64,000 bases of DNA, from the NCBI GenBank assembly GCA_944372795.1, contig CALWAF010000001.1:64390-128389 (forward strand), in the 5' to 3' direction. The translations under genes and the position numbers were made by a program. Below the pieces are notes generated by a model, which saw only the letters and a list, made by a program, of their open reading frames with translations, was not told the DNA's origin and made no database searches. The DNA comes from an uncultured Clostridia bacterium (GTDB taxonomy: Bacteria > Bacillota > Clostridia > Christensenellales > CAG-917). The stretch's first letter is position 1, and each line of letters starts with the position of its first letter. Shown in pieces: positions 35,598-46,057 of this stretch.

Positions 35598-37277
35598 ATG
35601 TCGAAAAAGAATTTTATCGGTGACGATTGGTATAAAAACGTTTGCATATATCAGGTTTATCCGCGCAGTTTTTGCGACAGCAACGGGGACGGCATAGGTG
35701 ACATCCGCGGCATCATCTCCAAGTTGGATTACATTAAATCTCTGAATGTCGGCGCGATATGGATATGTCCTATGTATGACAGCCCGAATCGGGATAACGG
35801 TTACGACGTGCGCGATTATTTCGCTTTGCAGCCGGAGTTCGGAACGACGGAAGACTTTTCGCTGCTGACGGCAAAATGCCATGAGCTCGGCATCCGAGTG
35901 ATCATGGATGTGGTCTTAAATCATAGTTCCTCCGAGTGTGAGTGGTTCCTTTCTTCCTCATCGTCGGAACGCGATCCGAAACGTGACTGGTACATTTGGA
36001 GAAAAGGAAAACCCGATGGCGCTCCGCCTACAAATTGGGAGGCGATCTTCGGAGGTTCGGCGTGGAATTACGACGCGAAGACGGATTCATATTATCTCGG
36101 CACCTTTTCACCATATCAACCGGACTTTAACTGGGAAAACGCGGAACTTCGCGAAGCTCTTTTCGATGTTCTACGTTTCTGGCTGGAGAGAGGTGTGGAC
36201 GGATTTCGTCTCGACGCCATCAACTTCATCTCAAAAGCGCCCGGATATCCCGACGGAATGGCAGGTCCGAACGGACTTGCGCCTATAAGACCGTTTGTAT
36301 GCAACGGACCGAAAGTTCACACATGGCTGAGCGAAATGAAAAAGAAGGTGCTCTCCCCCATGCACGCGATGACGGTGGGAGAAGCGGACGGTTCCTCTGT
36401 CGAAGACGCGATACGATTCTCGAAAGAGATCGACATGATTTTCAGTTTCGACCATGTTGCTCTCGACATCGGTCCGAATTTCACATTCAACAAAAAAATA
36501 CCATTGCCAAAACTCAAATCCATACTGAGCGAGTGGCAAAACAAATTGCGAGGCAAAGCATGGAATGCTCTGTTTTGGGAGAATCATGACCAACCAAGGA
36601 TAGTATCAAGACTGGGCGATGAAGATGATCTGCGCGCCGTTTCGGCGAAGATGCTTGCCGCTGCGCTTTTTTTCTTGCAGGGAACACCTTTTATATATCA
36701 GGGAGAGGAGCTCGGTCTTCCGAACACAAGGTTTGCAAAGCGCACGGAATTGCGCGATATCGAAATGTGTAATGCCTTTGTAAATTACGTAGATACGGGG
36801 ATACTCTCACAAGAACATTTGATGCGCTTTGCAAATTATAAAGGACGCGATACGGGACGCACTCCGATGCCGTGGGACGGAAGCCCGAGGGCAGGGTTTA
36901 CAACCGGCACGCCATGGATAAAACTCGGTGACACGCACCGAACTCTCAATGTCGAAAACCAAGATGCGGATGAACATAGTGTTCTGAACTGGTTCAGAAC
37001 ACTTATAGGATTCCGCAGGAACGATCGGGTAATACGCGACGGAGAATACAGGGTCTATAACATTGACGATCCGAATGTATATGAATACACGAGATTGCTT
37101 AACGGCTCGGGGTATCATATATTATGTTCGTTCTGCAAAGACGAAACCCGTTATGTTTGCGGCTTTGAGGGAACAAAAACGCAGATGCTGTTTTCCAATT
37201 ACGGTGACGATACCTTCTCCGAAACCGGAAAACTCCGCCCGTTCGAGACCGTGATCTCTAAGGCGGAGCTTCCTTAA
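35598..37277 (+). CDS. GH13 alpha-glucosidase / oligo-1,6-glucosidase
   Basis: ORF 35571..37277. QVYPRSF, DGFRLDAINF, VGEADG and FWENHDQPR conserved GH13 regions. ATG 35598 chosen, but no SD precedes either candidate start. Confidence 0.85.
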   Translation: MSKKNFIGDDWYKNVCIYQVYPRSFCDSNGDGIGDIRGIISKLDYIKSLNVGAIWICPMYDSPNRDNGYDVRDYFALQPEFGTTEDFSLLTAKCHELGIRVIMDVVLNHSSSECEWFLSSSSSERDPKRDWYIWRKGKPDGAPPTNWEAIFGGSAWNYDAKTDSYYLGTFSPYQPDFNWENAELREALFDVLRFWLERGVDGFRLDAINFISKAPGYPDGMAGPNGLAPIRPFVCNGPKVHTWLSEMKKKVLSPMHAMTVGEADGSSVEDAIRFSKEIDMIFSFDHVALDIGPNFTFNKKIPLPKLKSILSEWQNKLRGKAWNALFWENHDQPRIVSRLGDEDDLRAVSAKMLAAALFFLQGTPFIYQGEELGLPNTRFAKRTELRDIEMCNAFVNYVDTGILSQEHLMRFANYKGRDTGRTPMPWDGSPRAGFTTGTPWIKLGDTHRTLNVENQDADEHSVLNWFRTLIGFRRNDRVIRDGEYRVYNIDDPNVYEYTRLLNGSGYHILCSFCKDETRYVCGFEGTKTQMLFSNYGDDTFSETGKLRPFETVISKAELP

Positions 37278-37300
37278 GGAGCAATATATGAAACGTAGCT

Positions 37301-37328
37301 ACCTCCGACATATTGTCGGAGGTTTTTC
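37301..37328 (+). terminator. intrinsic terminator between convergent genes
   Basis: ACCTCCGACA-TAT-TGTCGGAGGT followed by TTTTT. Confidence 0.7.
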
Positions 37329-37331
37329 GTA

Positions 37332-39479
37332 TCAGGAATACATACCCACAACCTGTGAGAGTTTGTCCAGCATCAGTTGGCGTCCGTCTACATTGAGATG
37401 GATGCCGTCATTAAGGTATCGTATGCTATTTTCCGCAGAAATGCCTATTTCATCATACAGATCGAACACTTCAACATTGAATTCCGCGCATATCTCATTC
37501 AGCACACGAATATAATCCGCGTAGAACTCCTCATCGACGTCATATCTGTAGATCGGGGTGCACCATACGATTTCCGCATCAGGATACAGAGCGGTAAGTT
37601 TGCTCAAGACATATCTTATTGAGCCTGCAACCGTCGACACGTCGATGGACGCAGCGTTTCCGAGTTCGACATCGCCCATAAAATAGGAATACAGGTCGTG
37701 TGTTCCGCGTTGGACCAGTATTTTTCTCGGTGCGCCGTATCTGCCGAGTTTTTCTGCGTAGTAACCCGAATCGATGCGATCCACAAGGCCGGAACCGGCA
37801 TTCGACATTACGGTGCTTTCGTTGATGGTATCACGGAATATCGTATATCCCGTCACCTCGCCCAAGTCGTTTACGAGCGAGCCCGTGTAATCCTCGCTAA
37901 TGATATCGTCGCCTAACACCCAAAGAGCGTTTTCGATCGGCGTTCCGTCGTAGTTAAGCACGGAGAAGTATTTTATGTTGACCGACTCTACGCCGTTGAG
38001 TATCCCGTCAGTCGGAAAATCTATGTCATCATATTCAAGCAAAAGCAAGACCGTCTTCCCTTTAAGCTCTTCGGGTATGTCTGCTTCTATGAAACTCTCT
38101 CCGGCACTCAGGTTCGGATCGGTCGCGAACGCGCCTGTCTGCCACGACGAAAAGTGGTATATTTTATTCCCGTCCTCAACGTCGATCGCCGTGAAACGCA
38201 ATTTATACTTGAAAGTGGCATCGGACTGTCGATATTCGAAATGCGCGCGCACGGACGTTGCCTCTTCTCCCAGTGTGACTTTCGTCCACATATAAAGATT
38301 TGGCAGACCCCCCTCGGCAGTGTCGTCATCTTCAAGTCCGCTGTGGATATTGTCCCAGCCTCCCATTTCTATACAATATCCGCCGCCGGCAAACCAAGAG
38401 CTCGGTCCGGTGAAATATTCGTAATTCGCGAGCACGAAGTTGCGCGCATCGGCGCTTCCGGTGCCGCCCTCACGGAAATCCGCCCACACATGCCAACCGT
38501 CGGCAGTCGGCAAAGAAGTCACGGGGACTTCGTCGATGTAATCCGCAGGGAGCCAGTAATAGTCTATAAAATCGCCCGAAGGCTCCGTAACGGTCACATC
38601 CACTTCTTTTGTGATGCCCATAGCGGCCATTGTGATCGTGGCATTACCCATGGCATGAAAAGCGAGCCTGCCCTTTTCGTTTACGGTCACCACGCTTTCG
38701 TCGCTCGAAGACCATTCAGTGGGAATGGCTTCTCCGGCCGGGATAGCCTTCTCCGGCACCGCCATCTGGAACAAAACTCGATATGGTTCGTCCAAAGGCA
38801 CCGTGAGTTCCGTGATTTCCGTATAGAAATCATTGGAAACGATTTTAATGTCCTCAAGCTCGTAAGTGGCGATCTCAAGTTCGATGGACGCCGAGACCGA
38901 AGGTTCTCTTACGGCAGTTGCGGTTATGGTGAATACGCTCCCACCCTCAACAGTATCCGCGACCTCTACCACCCCTGCGGAAGTCACAGTTACGCCCGCA
39001 TTCTCGGGAGTGACGAAAAAGTTAAGATTCTTGGTCGTGGCGTTCTCCGGCAAAACCGAATATGCCAGCTGTTTGCGAACGCCCGTAGCGATTTCCGTGC
39101 GTTCTCCGTCCGCAAAAACGATGGCTGTGACCGGAACATACTCCTTGACTTTGACCGTTACGGACGTGCTTGCGCCTCCTCCCTGTATCGTGACGGTCGT
39201 CTCCCCTGCCGAAACTCCTTTCACCACTCCGGAACCGGAAACCGTTGCAACGGATGCATCCGCACTCGCGAACGAAAACCCGCCCGCATACGAAGACGGC
39301 TCCGCCTTGAGAGAAAGGATCACTTCATCACCTTCGGAAAGTGTCAAAACGCCGTCCGAAAGACCTCTTGCCGTAACGGATATGCTTTGCACCGCGACCG
39401 TGTTTTCGCTTTTGTCGTTGCAAGCAACGCACACGGTCAGACAAAGCAAGACCATCAGTAAGATCATTGCTTTCTTCAT
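37332..39479 (-). CDS. lipoprotein: 3x Big_2 Ig-like domains + uncharacterised beta-rich domain + C-terminal SGNH/GDSL hydrolase
   Basis: ORF 37332..39500 trimmed to ATG 39479 (GGAGG RBS). Lipobox VCVAC. Repeated ...V(S/T)A...G(E/T)...VT Big_2 pattern. C-terminal DGIHLN SGNH block V. Confidence 0.75.
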   Translation of the reverse strand: MKKAMILLMVLLCLTVCVACNDKSENTVAVQSISVTARGLSDGVLTLSEGDEVILSLKAEPSSYAGGFSFASADASVATVSGSGVVKGVSAGETTVTIQGGGASTSVTVKVKEYVPVTAIVFADGERTEIATGVRKQLAYSVLPENATTKNLNFFVTPENAGVTVTSAGVVEVADTVEGGSVFTITATAVREPSVSASIELEIATYELEDIKIVSNDFYTEITELTVPLDEPYRVLFQMAVPEKAIPAGEAIPTEWSSSDESVVTVNEKGRLAFHAMGNATITMAAMGITKEVDVTVTEPSGDFIDYYWLPADYIDEVPVTSLPTADGWHVWADFREGGTGSADARNFVLANYEYFTGPSSWFAGGGYCIEMGGWDNIHSGLEDDDTAEGGLPNLYMWTKVTLGEEATSVRAHFEYRQSDATFKYKLRFTAIDVEDGNKIYHFSSWQTGAFATDPNLSAGESFIEADIPEELKGKTVLLLLEYDDIDFPTDGILNGVESVNIKYFSVLNYDGTPIENALWVLGDDIISEDYTGSLVNDLGEVTGYTIFRDTINESTVMSNAGSGLVDRIDSGYYAEKLGRYGAPRKILVQRGTHDLYSYFMGDVELGNAASIDVSTVAGSIRYVLSKLTALYPDAEIVWCTPIYRYDVDEEFYADYIRVLNEICAEFNVEVFDLYDEIGISAENSIRYLNDGIHLNVDGRQLMLDKLSQVVGMYS

Positions 39480-39484
39480 TGTGA

Positions 39485-41866
39485 TTACCTCCTGCCGCAA
39501 ATAATATCCGCAAGCGGATTTTTATTGCCGATACCATCCGTCCATTCGCTCGCCAACGGATAGATTACACCGGCGTCGGGCGCGTCCGTATCGAGGAGCA
39601 CATCGTTTATTATCGCATTGTGCACCAAATTCGCTTCGCTCTCGTTCTGCACCTCCGGCTTTTCGGCAAGGTGCAGATTCATACGTCCGTAAATACTGAC
39701 GTCGTTGCCGTCGTCATTGAGCCTCATCATGACGCAATGATATTTGAGCTGATTTATGAGAGTGACGCTCGAACTCGAAAGGGAAAGCACACTGCCCTCC
39801 GAATACATTCTGTCCGCGCCGCACCCGTTCATTGTGACCGTGCTGTTATGTGCTTCCAATATCCCTGCGGAACAGAACGTAAAAGCACTCATTATGCTTA
39901 CCGAGCTGTTGTTGACCACGAAGAATCGGGTGTGAGTTTCGGTATAGGTATAATAATTCCAAAGATTATTTACGCGCCACAGCCAACCTTCCTTGAACAG
40001 GTCGGGGAACTGCGCGCTGAACCCGGTCTGGGTAGCCACCGTCGCATTGGAAAAGATGTTTTCCACAAAACAGTTTTCCGCCCCGTCGATCCTTACCCCT
40101 TCGTTGAAAAACAAAGCCGGTATGTTCTTTATGACACAGTTATCGGCATTTTTCACATGTATTCCGTTGAAGCTGTTTGTCAAACCCACATTGGTCACAT
40201 AGGCTCTGTCGCCTGCAAGCCTTATGGTAAATGCGGACGGCGCGATCTCATATTCGCCGGGTTGCGGCATCCAGAGATTGTTGTCGGGATAACATATCCT
40301 CAAACCCGAGATACCCGCATTTTCGGACAGGGTCACGAATGCATCGGCTTCGGAGGCATTTTCTACCGCATCGTCGTAATAGGAAAAAATCACAGTCCCG
40401 AGATCGTTGCCGAGTGTGCCGCGATTCGTTGTCGATGAGCACCCTCTGAGCAAAACGTTACTGCCCACGGAAAGAGCTCGCGTAATTTTATAAAAACCTG
40501 CGGGCATATAGACTACGCCGCCACCTGCGGAAGACGCTGCCGAGAGTGCGGATTCGACCGCCGCGGTGTCATCCGTCAACGCATCTCCTTTCGCCCCGTA
40601 ATCCTTTACGTTGAACAACCTTGCTCCGGGCGCGGGCAAATCGGGCGTCACGGTGTTGACATCCGGGACCTCCGCCTTATTTACATATATCCTTTCCCCT
40701 GCCGCACGTCCGTCTATCTCCACTCCCGTGAGTCTGACATATCCGACGGGCGAATGATTTGCCACGGCGAAATTCTCTCCTTCTATCCTTCCGCCTGTAA
40801 ACAACATGCCCCAGCCTTTATACAGCGCATCGACCATGAGCCCGTAGCGGCAGTCGGTGATGTGTGAATCATAAAATCCGCCCATGAAGTCTATGGGGTT
40901 ATCGGGCTGTATACGCGTACCGTCTTGGATCTGGATTCCCACATAATATCCATCGACGTCGATCCCGTAATAAGGGGACCACTCCAGATCGCCGAGTTTA
41001 AGTCCGACCGCACTGTTTTTGGTCACTTCGTAAACCTCGTCATATGAAGGCGCATTGAACTTCTCGCCCGCCTCAGACCAGTACGAAGGAGAAAAGCATA
41101 CGTTCTTGTAATAACCGATGTCCGACTCATTGACGCTGTCAATGCCGACGAACAACGGCGTTCCTTTCAAATTTTCGATGACCAATCCTTCGTGCGCATC
41201 CTGCATCCCTATCTGAACATTAGGATTGACCGTGCGGCTTGCTACGACACCTCGATACGAATTAAGCAACGTCACGTTTTGGATGGTGAACTGTATGTGT
41301 TCAAGTATGGTGAAAGCTCCTCCCATGATCTCGAATGTCGCAGGGAATGGGCGAACATCACCCGCATATTGAGCGGGATACCATACCGTCAGACCGTTGA
41401 CGCCGCTGTTCGCGCGCAAACGGAACAATCCGCTCGTCAACTGCGCGGAGAACGGCACGTCCGCCACTATGACCGTCCCGTAATCCCCCGGACATTCATC
41501 GGGATCGCGCCAGTCGCCGGCTATGGTGATGTAATTGTCCACGGTCACGCTCCCCGTCAACAGATAAAAACCTTCGGGGAGATAGATCGTGCCGCCGCCC
41601 GTTGCACTCAGATCGGACACCGCGCGTTTAAGGACGGACGTCACGTCTTCCCTGCCGCTGTTATCGGCATTGTAAGGCGCTTCCGTAAGTACGATATCGG
41701 CAATGAGCGCCGCTTGAGCGCCATTGTCTGCACGGATCAGTCTGGGCTCCTGCGCCGGCACCGTATCCTGCGCCGAAGCCGATGGAATTTCTTTCATGGC
41801 AAAACCTCCCGAAAAGATCAGCAAACTTAACACGATGATTAGGGGAACAACAAATGCTTTTCTCAT
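39485..41866 (-). CDS. secreted tandem right-handed beta-helix (pectate-lyase-3 / GH55-like) glycan-active enzyme
   Basis: ORF 39485..42001 trimmed to ATG 41866 (ATGA-coupled to the upstream ORF). Signal peptide. Two copies of the beta-helix N-cap motif (YNADNSGREDVTSVLKRAV...GGGTIYLPEGFY and VKDYGAKGDALTDDTAAVESAL...GGGVVYMPAGFY). Confidence 0.7.
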   Translation of the reverse strand: MRKAFVVPLIIVLSLLIFSGGFAMKEIPSASAQDTVPAQEPRLIRADNGAQAALIADIVLTEAPYNADNSGREDVTSVLKRAVSDLSATGGGTIYLPEGFYLLTGSVTVDNYITIAGDWRDPDECPGDYGTVIVADVPFSAQLTSGLFRLRANSGVNGLTVWYPAQYAGDVRPFPATFEIMGGAFTILEHIQFTIQNVTLLNSYRGVVASRTVNPNVQIGMQDAHEGLVIENLKGTPLFVGIDSVNESDIGYYKNVCFSPSYWSEAGEKFNAPSYDEVYEVTKNSAVGLKLGDLEWSPYYGIDVDGYYVGIQIQDGTRIQPDNPIDFMGGFYDSHITDCRYGLMVDALYKGWGMLFTGGRIEGENFAVANHSPVGYVRLTGVEIDGRAAGERIYVNKAEVPDVNTVTPDLPAPGARLFNVKDYGAKGDALTDDTAAVESALSAASSAGGGVVYMPAGFYKITRALSVGSNVLLRGCSSTTNRGTLGNDLGTVIFSYYDDAVENASEADAFVTLSENAGISGLRICYPDNNLWMPQPGEYEIAPSAFTIRLAGDRAYVTNVGLTNSFNGIHVKNADNCVIKNIPALFFNEGVRIDGAENCFVENIFSNATVATQTGFSAQFPDLFKEGWLWRVNNLWNYYTYTETHTRFFVVNNSSVSIMSAFTFCSAGILEAHNSTVTMNGCGADRMYSEGSVLSLSSSSVTLINQLKYHCVMMRLNDDGNDVSIYGRMNLHLAEKPEVQNESEANLVHNAIINDVLLDTDAPDAGVIYPLASEWTDGIGNKNPLADIICGRR

Positions 41867-42054
41867 TTCTTTTCTTTCACTCCTGTTTTTACGGTCAGCG
41901 CTATACCGACGACGGTGCAAATGAGATTCAATACCAGCGTAACGACAAGTATGACGAACTCCGGCGACCCTTTGACGGTAAACGGCAGTATGAACGCGCA
42001 CATTATAGCCAGCACGAAAGTCAGTCTGAAAAAAACCTTCCCTTTCAAGTCCAT
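41863..42054 (-). CDS. small two-helix membrane protein (63 aa)
   Basis: C-terminal part of ORF 41863..42705 from ATG 42054: MDLKGKVFFRLTFVLAIMCAFILPF...VVGIALTVKTGVKEKK. Overlaps both neighbouring genes (translational coupling). Confidence 0.45.
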   Translation of the reverse strand: MDLKGKVFFRLTFVLAIMCAFILPFTVKGSPEFVILVVTLVLNLICTVVGIALTVKTGVKEKK

Positions 42055-43037
42055 ACAGGCACCTCCTCTATATTTCTGCACTTGACTTTTACCCCGTTGA
42101 TCTCGACGTAAGGGATATCTTCTTGCGAGCATTCTTCTGTCGCATACGGACAACGCGGCGCAAACGAACAGCCGCGCCCGCGCTCCGTCAGTTTCGTCAT
42201 TTCCATGCCTTTGACCGGGATCTCCCCACGTGTGCCCCTGTAAGAAGGGTCGGGCACCGGCACGGCAGTCACCAAAGCCTGCGTATAGGGGTGCTTTGGA
42301 TGGAACAGCACTTCGTCTATATTGCCAAGCTCTACTATATCGCCGAGATACATGACGCATATCCTGCCCTTGTCGGCTATATATTTTGCCGTGGCGAGAT
42401 CGTGCGTGATATAAATAAATGCGATTTTTAATTCGCGGTTCAGCTTCTCTATCAGTTTCAGTATCGCGATGCGCAACGACACGTCTATCATGCTTACGGG
42501 TTCGTCCGCTACGATAAGTTTCGGATTGAGTGCAAGCGCGCGTGCCATGAGCACCCTTTGTCTCTGTCCACCGGACAACTGGTGCGGATATTTGAACACA
42601 AAATGTTCTATCGGCGTCAGCCCCACAAATCCCATAAGTTCTTCGAGCCGCTGTTGCTTTTTTTCTTTGGAGATGCCCTTTTCGGCTATCTCGATCGCGG
42701 CGCAAAGCGACTGGTGGATGGTTTTCACGGGATTGAGCGCCGCATAACTGTCTTGTTGGATAAACTGCACGTTCCGTCTGTAGTCGCTTTTGTTATTGCG
42801 TTTTGTACGACGGATGTTTTCTCCGTTGAACAACACTTCTCCGGATGTAGGAGCCAGCAGACCCGTCACTATTTTCCCTATGGTGGTTTTGCCGCATCCG
42901 CTCTCCCCGACAACCGCAATTATCTCGTCATCGCCGATCGTAAGATCGAAATCCCTTATGACAACGGCGCGTTTTTCGGTCTGGAAGAACTTCCCCTTCA
43001 GGGCAAAACTCATATTTATATTTTTGAGTTCAAGCAT
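42045..43037 (-). CDS. Opp/Dpp-type ABC transporter ATP-binding protein (F-type)
   Basis: ORF 42045..43097 trimmed to ATG 43037. Walker A GESGCGKTT, signature LSGGQRQR, Walker B LIVADEP. Confidence 0.88.
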   Translation of the reverse strand: MLELKNINMSFALKGKFFQTEKRAVVIRDFDLTIGDDEIIAVVGESGCGKTTIGKIVTGLLAPTSGEVLFNGENIRRTKRNNKSDYRRNVQFIQQDSYAALNPVKTIHQSLCAAIEIAEKGISKEKKQQRLEELMGFVGLTPIEHFVFKYPHQLSGGQRQRVLMARALALNPKLIVADEPVSMIDVSLRIAILKLIEKLNRELKIAFIYITHDLATAKYIADKGRICVMYLGDIVELGNIDEVLFHPKHPYTQALVTAVPVPDPSYRGTRGEIPVKGMEMTKLTERGRGCSFAPRCPYATEECSQEDIPYVEINGVKVKCRNIEEVPVWT

Positions 43038-44031
43038 CTTGCTCCCCCTCCGCATACAAATGACATTTGACCATATGCCCTCCGCCCATATCGACATCGT
43101 CGGGGGACACGATCTCGCATCTTTCCGTCTTTTTTAAGCAGCGATCCGCAAATACGCATCCCGGAGGTAAATTCGTTATATCGATCGGCGTGCCCGGAAT
43201 TTCCGTCAATGTGTCGGCATCTCGCCTTAAAGACGGTGTCGCATTGATAAGCCCTTCCGTATACGGGTTGAATCTGCGGGCAAAGACATCCTCGACCGTG
43301 CCGAACTCCATAAGTCTGCCGCCATACATCACCCCCAGATTATCGGCGTATTCGGCGACCACCGCAATATCATGCGTAAGCAAGAGCATCGTCGTGCCGT
43401 ATTCTTCGTTGATGCTCTTCAACAATCCGAAAATATAAGATTGAGTGATGACGTCCAGCGCTGTCGTAGGCTCGTCGAGAATTATTATTTCCGGTCGGAG
43501 AAGCAGAGCTAAAGCTATCATCACGCGCTGTTTCATACCGCCGCTTATCTCATGCGGATAGCTGTCCAGCACTCTCTCGGAAAGATTTACGCGTTCCAGC
43601 AATTTAGCAAATATTTTGCGGGCTTCTTTTTTCGATTCCTTGCCGCCGTGAATTTTATATGTCTCGTAAAACTGATTCAGGATGGTCACGATGGGATTCA
43701 ACGAGCTTTGCGCCCCCTGAAAAACCATCGACACGATATCCCAACGGAAGTCGTTGAGCTGCTTTTCGTTCAATGCCGTCACGTCGATGTCTTCGCCGCG
43801 CTTTTCGGAATGCACGATGACCCTGCCTCCCACCACTCTGCCGGGAGACGTGATACAGTTCAACAGTGCGCTTGCCAAAGTAGTCTTTCCGCTCCCGCTT
43901 TCTCCGACGACCGCGGTTATTTTCCCCTTTTCGAGTTTCATCGAAACATCGTTTACGGCATGCAGACACAATCTGACCATCTCGTAGTCTATCGAAACGT
44001 GATCGAATTCAGCTATATAACGTTTCTCCAT
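43030..44031 (-). CDS. Opp/Dpp-type ABC transporter ATP-binding protein (D-type)
   Basis: ORF 43030..44031. [28 protein letters not shown]. Confidence 0.88.
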   Translation of the reverse strand: MEKRYIAEFDHVSIDYEMVRLCLHAVNDVSMKLEKGKITAVVGESGSGKTTLASALLNCITSPGRVVGGRVIVHSEKRGEDIDVTALNEKQLNDFRWDIVSMVFQGAQSSLNPIVTILNQFYETYKIHGGKESKKEARKIFAKLLERVNLSERVLDSYPHEISGGMKQRVMIALALLLRPEIIILDEPTTALDVITQSYIFGLLKSINEEYGTTMLLLTHDIAVVAEYADNLGVMYGGRLMEFGTVEDVFARRFNPYTEGLINATPSLRRDADTLTEIPGTPIDITNLPPGCVFADRCLKKTERCEIVSPDDVDMGGGHMVKCHLYAEGEQDA

Positions 44032-44039
44032 GCTACACC

Positions 44040-44945
44040 TCAGTTTTTACGCAGACGCGGATTCAATATCTCATCTACACCGTTTGCAAGCAGAACTATC
44101 CCGAGTTGGAACAGCACTATGCAGAATATGGGCGACAGGATGTACAAGATCGCACGACTGTTGAACAAAAATCCCTGCTGGAATATCAGATACAGCATCG
44201 TCCCCCAATTTGTGGAATCAAGCTCGGCAAGTCCGAGGAACATTATGCCGACGCTCCCCGTTATCGCGCCGCGCATTATGGTGATGAAATTGACCACGAT
44301 GTAGCTTGCGATATTCGGCATCAGTTCGCCGAATATGATCCGCCCTTTGTTCATGCCCATAACATGACATATTTGGATGAAATCACGCTCTTTGAGCGAA
44401 ATGATCTGGGCGCGTACAGCTCTTGCAAGCCCCGCCCAATTCCATACCGACAAGATGAGCGCGAACGTAAAATTGTCCTTTATGACTATCATCGTGCTCA
44501 ACACAAGCAACACGGGAAAACTCGGCACGGAAAGAAACAGGTTCGTGATCATTTGCAGCACTTTGTCCACGACTCCGCCGATCAGACCGCTCACGAGCCC
44601 GATGACAAGCCCGATGAATACGGTAAAGACACCCGTAAGAAAAGCTATCGCCAACACATCTTTGCTGCCTATCACGAGTTGAGAAAGCAGATCCCTACCG
44701 AGGTGGTCGGTCCCGAGCAAATGTTCCTTGGACGGAGCCTCGAATCGCATGCCTACGATCTGGGATTCCGGGAGACACGAGCCCGCTATCGCAACGATCA
44801 TAAACAATACGATTATGCTGAAACCGATGGCAGATTTCGGGTTGCCGTATATCGATTTGAAAAACGCCGCGATCCCGCCGAGTATTTTTTTTAGGATACG
44901 ACCGAGAGCCGATATCGATCTTTCCTTCACCACAGCCGTTTCCAT
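44040..44945 (-). CDS. Opp/Dpp-type ABC transporter permease (C-type)
   Basis: ORF 44040..44945, polytopic membrane protein. BPD_transp_1-like segment ...SLKERDFIQICHVMG... Confidence 0.85.
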   Translation of the reverse strand: METAVVKERSISALGRILKKILGGIAAFFKSIYGNPKSAIGFSIIVLFMIVAIAGSCLPESQIVGMRFEAPSKEHLLGTDHLGRDLLSQLVIGSKDVLAIAFLTGVFTVFIGLVIGLVSGLIGGVVDKVLQMITNLFLSVPSFPVLLVLSTMIVIKDNFTFALILSVWNWAGLARAVRAQIISLKERDFIQICHVMGMNKGRIIFGELMPNIASYIVVNFITIMRGAITGSVGIMFLGLAELDSTNWGTMLYLIFQQGFLFNSRAILYILSPIFCIVLFQLGIVLLANGVDEILNPRLRKN

Positions 44946-46045
44946 TACTCGCTCCTCCTTATTCTGGGATCTATGATGGAATACATGCTGTCGGCAATGA
45001 GGTTCGCGATGACGAGTATGGCGCTTTCAAAAAACAATATCCCGACTATCATGAAATAGTCTCGTTGCGCTATGTATAAGCTGAATGCCTGACCGAGTCC
45101 GGGATAGTTGAATATGGATTCCATAAGCGTAGACCCGCCAAACAGACCCGCAAAAGAAAGAGCAAGTGATGCAATCAGCGGAAGAATGGCATTCTTGCGC
45201 ATATATTTGCGTATGATAGTCCGCTGCGGCACGCCGCGCGTCCGCGCAGCCCAAATGTAATCTTCTCCCATAACTGCTACACTGCTTCCTCTCATAAGCA
45301 GCGCCCATCCCGCAGTCTGAATGAAAACATTGGCAAAAATGGGCAGTATGGCATGATATATGCAGCTGCCGATAAACTCCGCATTGAACCCTATTTCGTA
45401 CTCGATGCTGTACGCCCCCATCTGTGGGAACCATTCCAGCTGATACGCAAACAGATACAATATGATAACTGCGAAAATATAGTCAGGAATTGCGCTGCTG
45501 ACCACAATATAACTTGTCAGCATCGCATCTCCCGCTTTGCCGCGTTTCCACGCCATGAATGCCCCTATGAGCGTGCCGAGGCCGAAGCTGATGATAAGCG
45601 ACACGGTGGAGATAAACAGTGTCCACGGCAATGTTTTTGCTATCACACTGTTTACGTTTATAGTCGGGTTGACTATAGACACGCCGAGATTGCCGCGGAA
45701 CAAATTCGAAACATAGCTTCCGAATTTTTCGAAAACGGACTCATCCGGATCGTAACCGAGGATGGATATTGCAAGCTCCCTTGCCTCTTCGAACGGTATT
45801 CTCCTTTCTGTCGCGAGTTTAATCGCCATCTGATCGACACTGTCGGCGGGCATAAGTTCCAGCAGCAAAAAACTAAGGAACATCGCCAGCATAAGCGTAA
45901 CCAAAGCGATGCCTATACGCATCCAAAGGAAACGATATTTGTAAAAGAATTTACCGACAAGAATGCCTACTTTTTTCAATACCGATCCCGCTGCGGAAAA
46001 AGATCCTCTTAACGCGATCGATATGTCACGTCCCTCGTTCTTCAT
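44945..46045 (-). CDS. Opp/Dpp-type ABC transporter permease (B-type)
   Basis: ORF 44945..46045, polytopic membrane protein. ...DYIWAARTRGVPQRTIIRKY... EAA-like loop. Confidence 0.85.
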   Translation of the reverse strand: MKNEGRDISIALRGSFSAAGSVLKKVGILVGKFFYKYRFLWMRIGIALVTLMLAMFLSFLLLELMPADSVDQMAIKLATERRIPFEEARELAISILGYDPDESVFEKFGSYVSNLFRGNLGVSIVNPTINVNSVIAKTLPWTLFISTVSLIISFGLGTLIGAFMAWKRGKAGDAMLTSYIVVSSAIPDYIFAVIILYLFAYQLEWFPQMGAYSIEYEIGFNAEFIGSCIYHAILPIFANVFIQTAGWALLMRGSSVAVMGEDYIWAARTRGVPQRTIIRKYMRKNAILPLIASLALSFAGLFGGSTLMESIFNYPGLGQAFSLYIAQRDYFMIVGILFFESAILVIANLIADSMYSIIDPRIRRSE

Positions 46046-46057
46046 ATGCCACCTATC

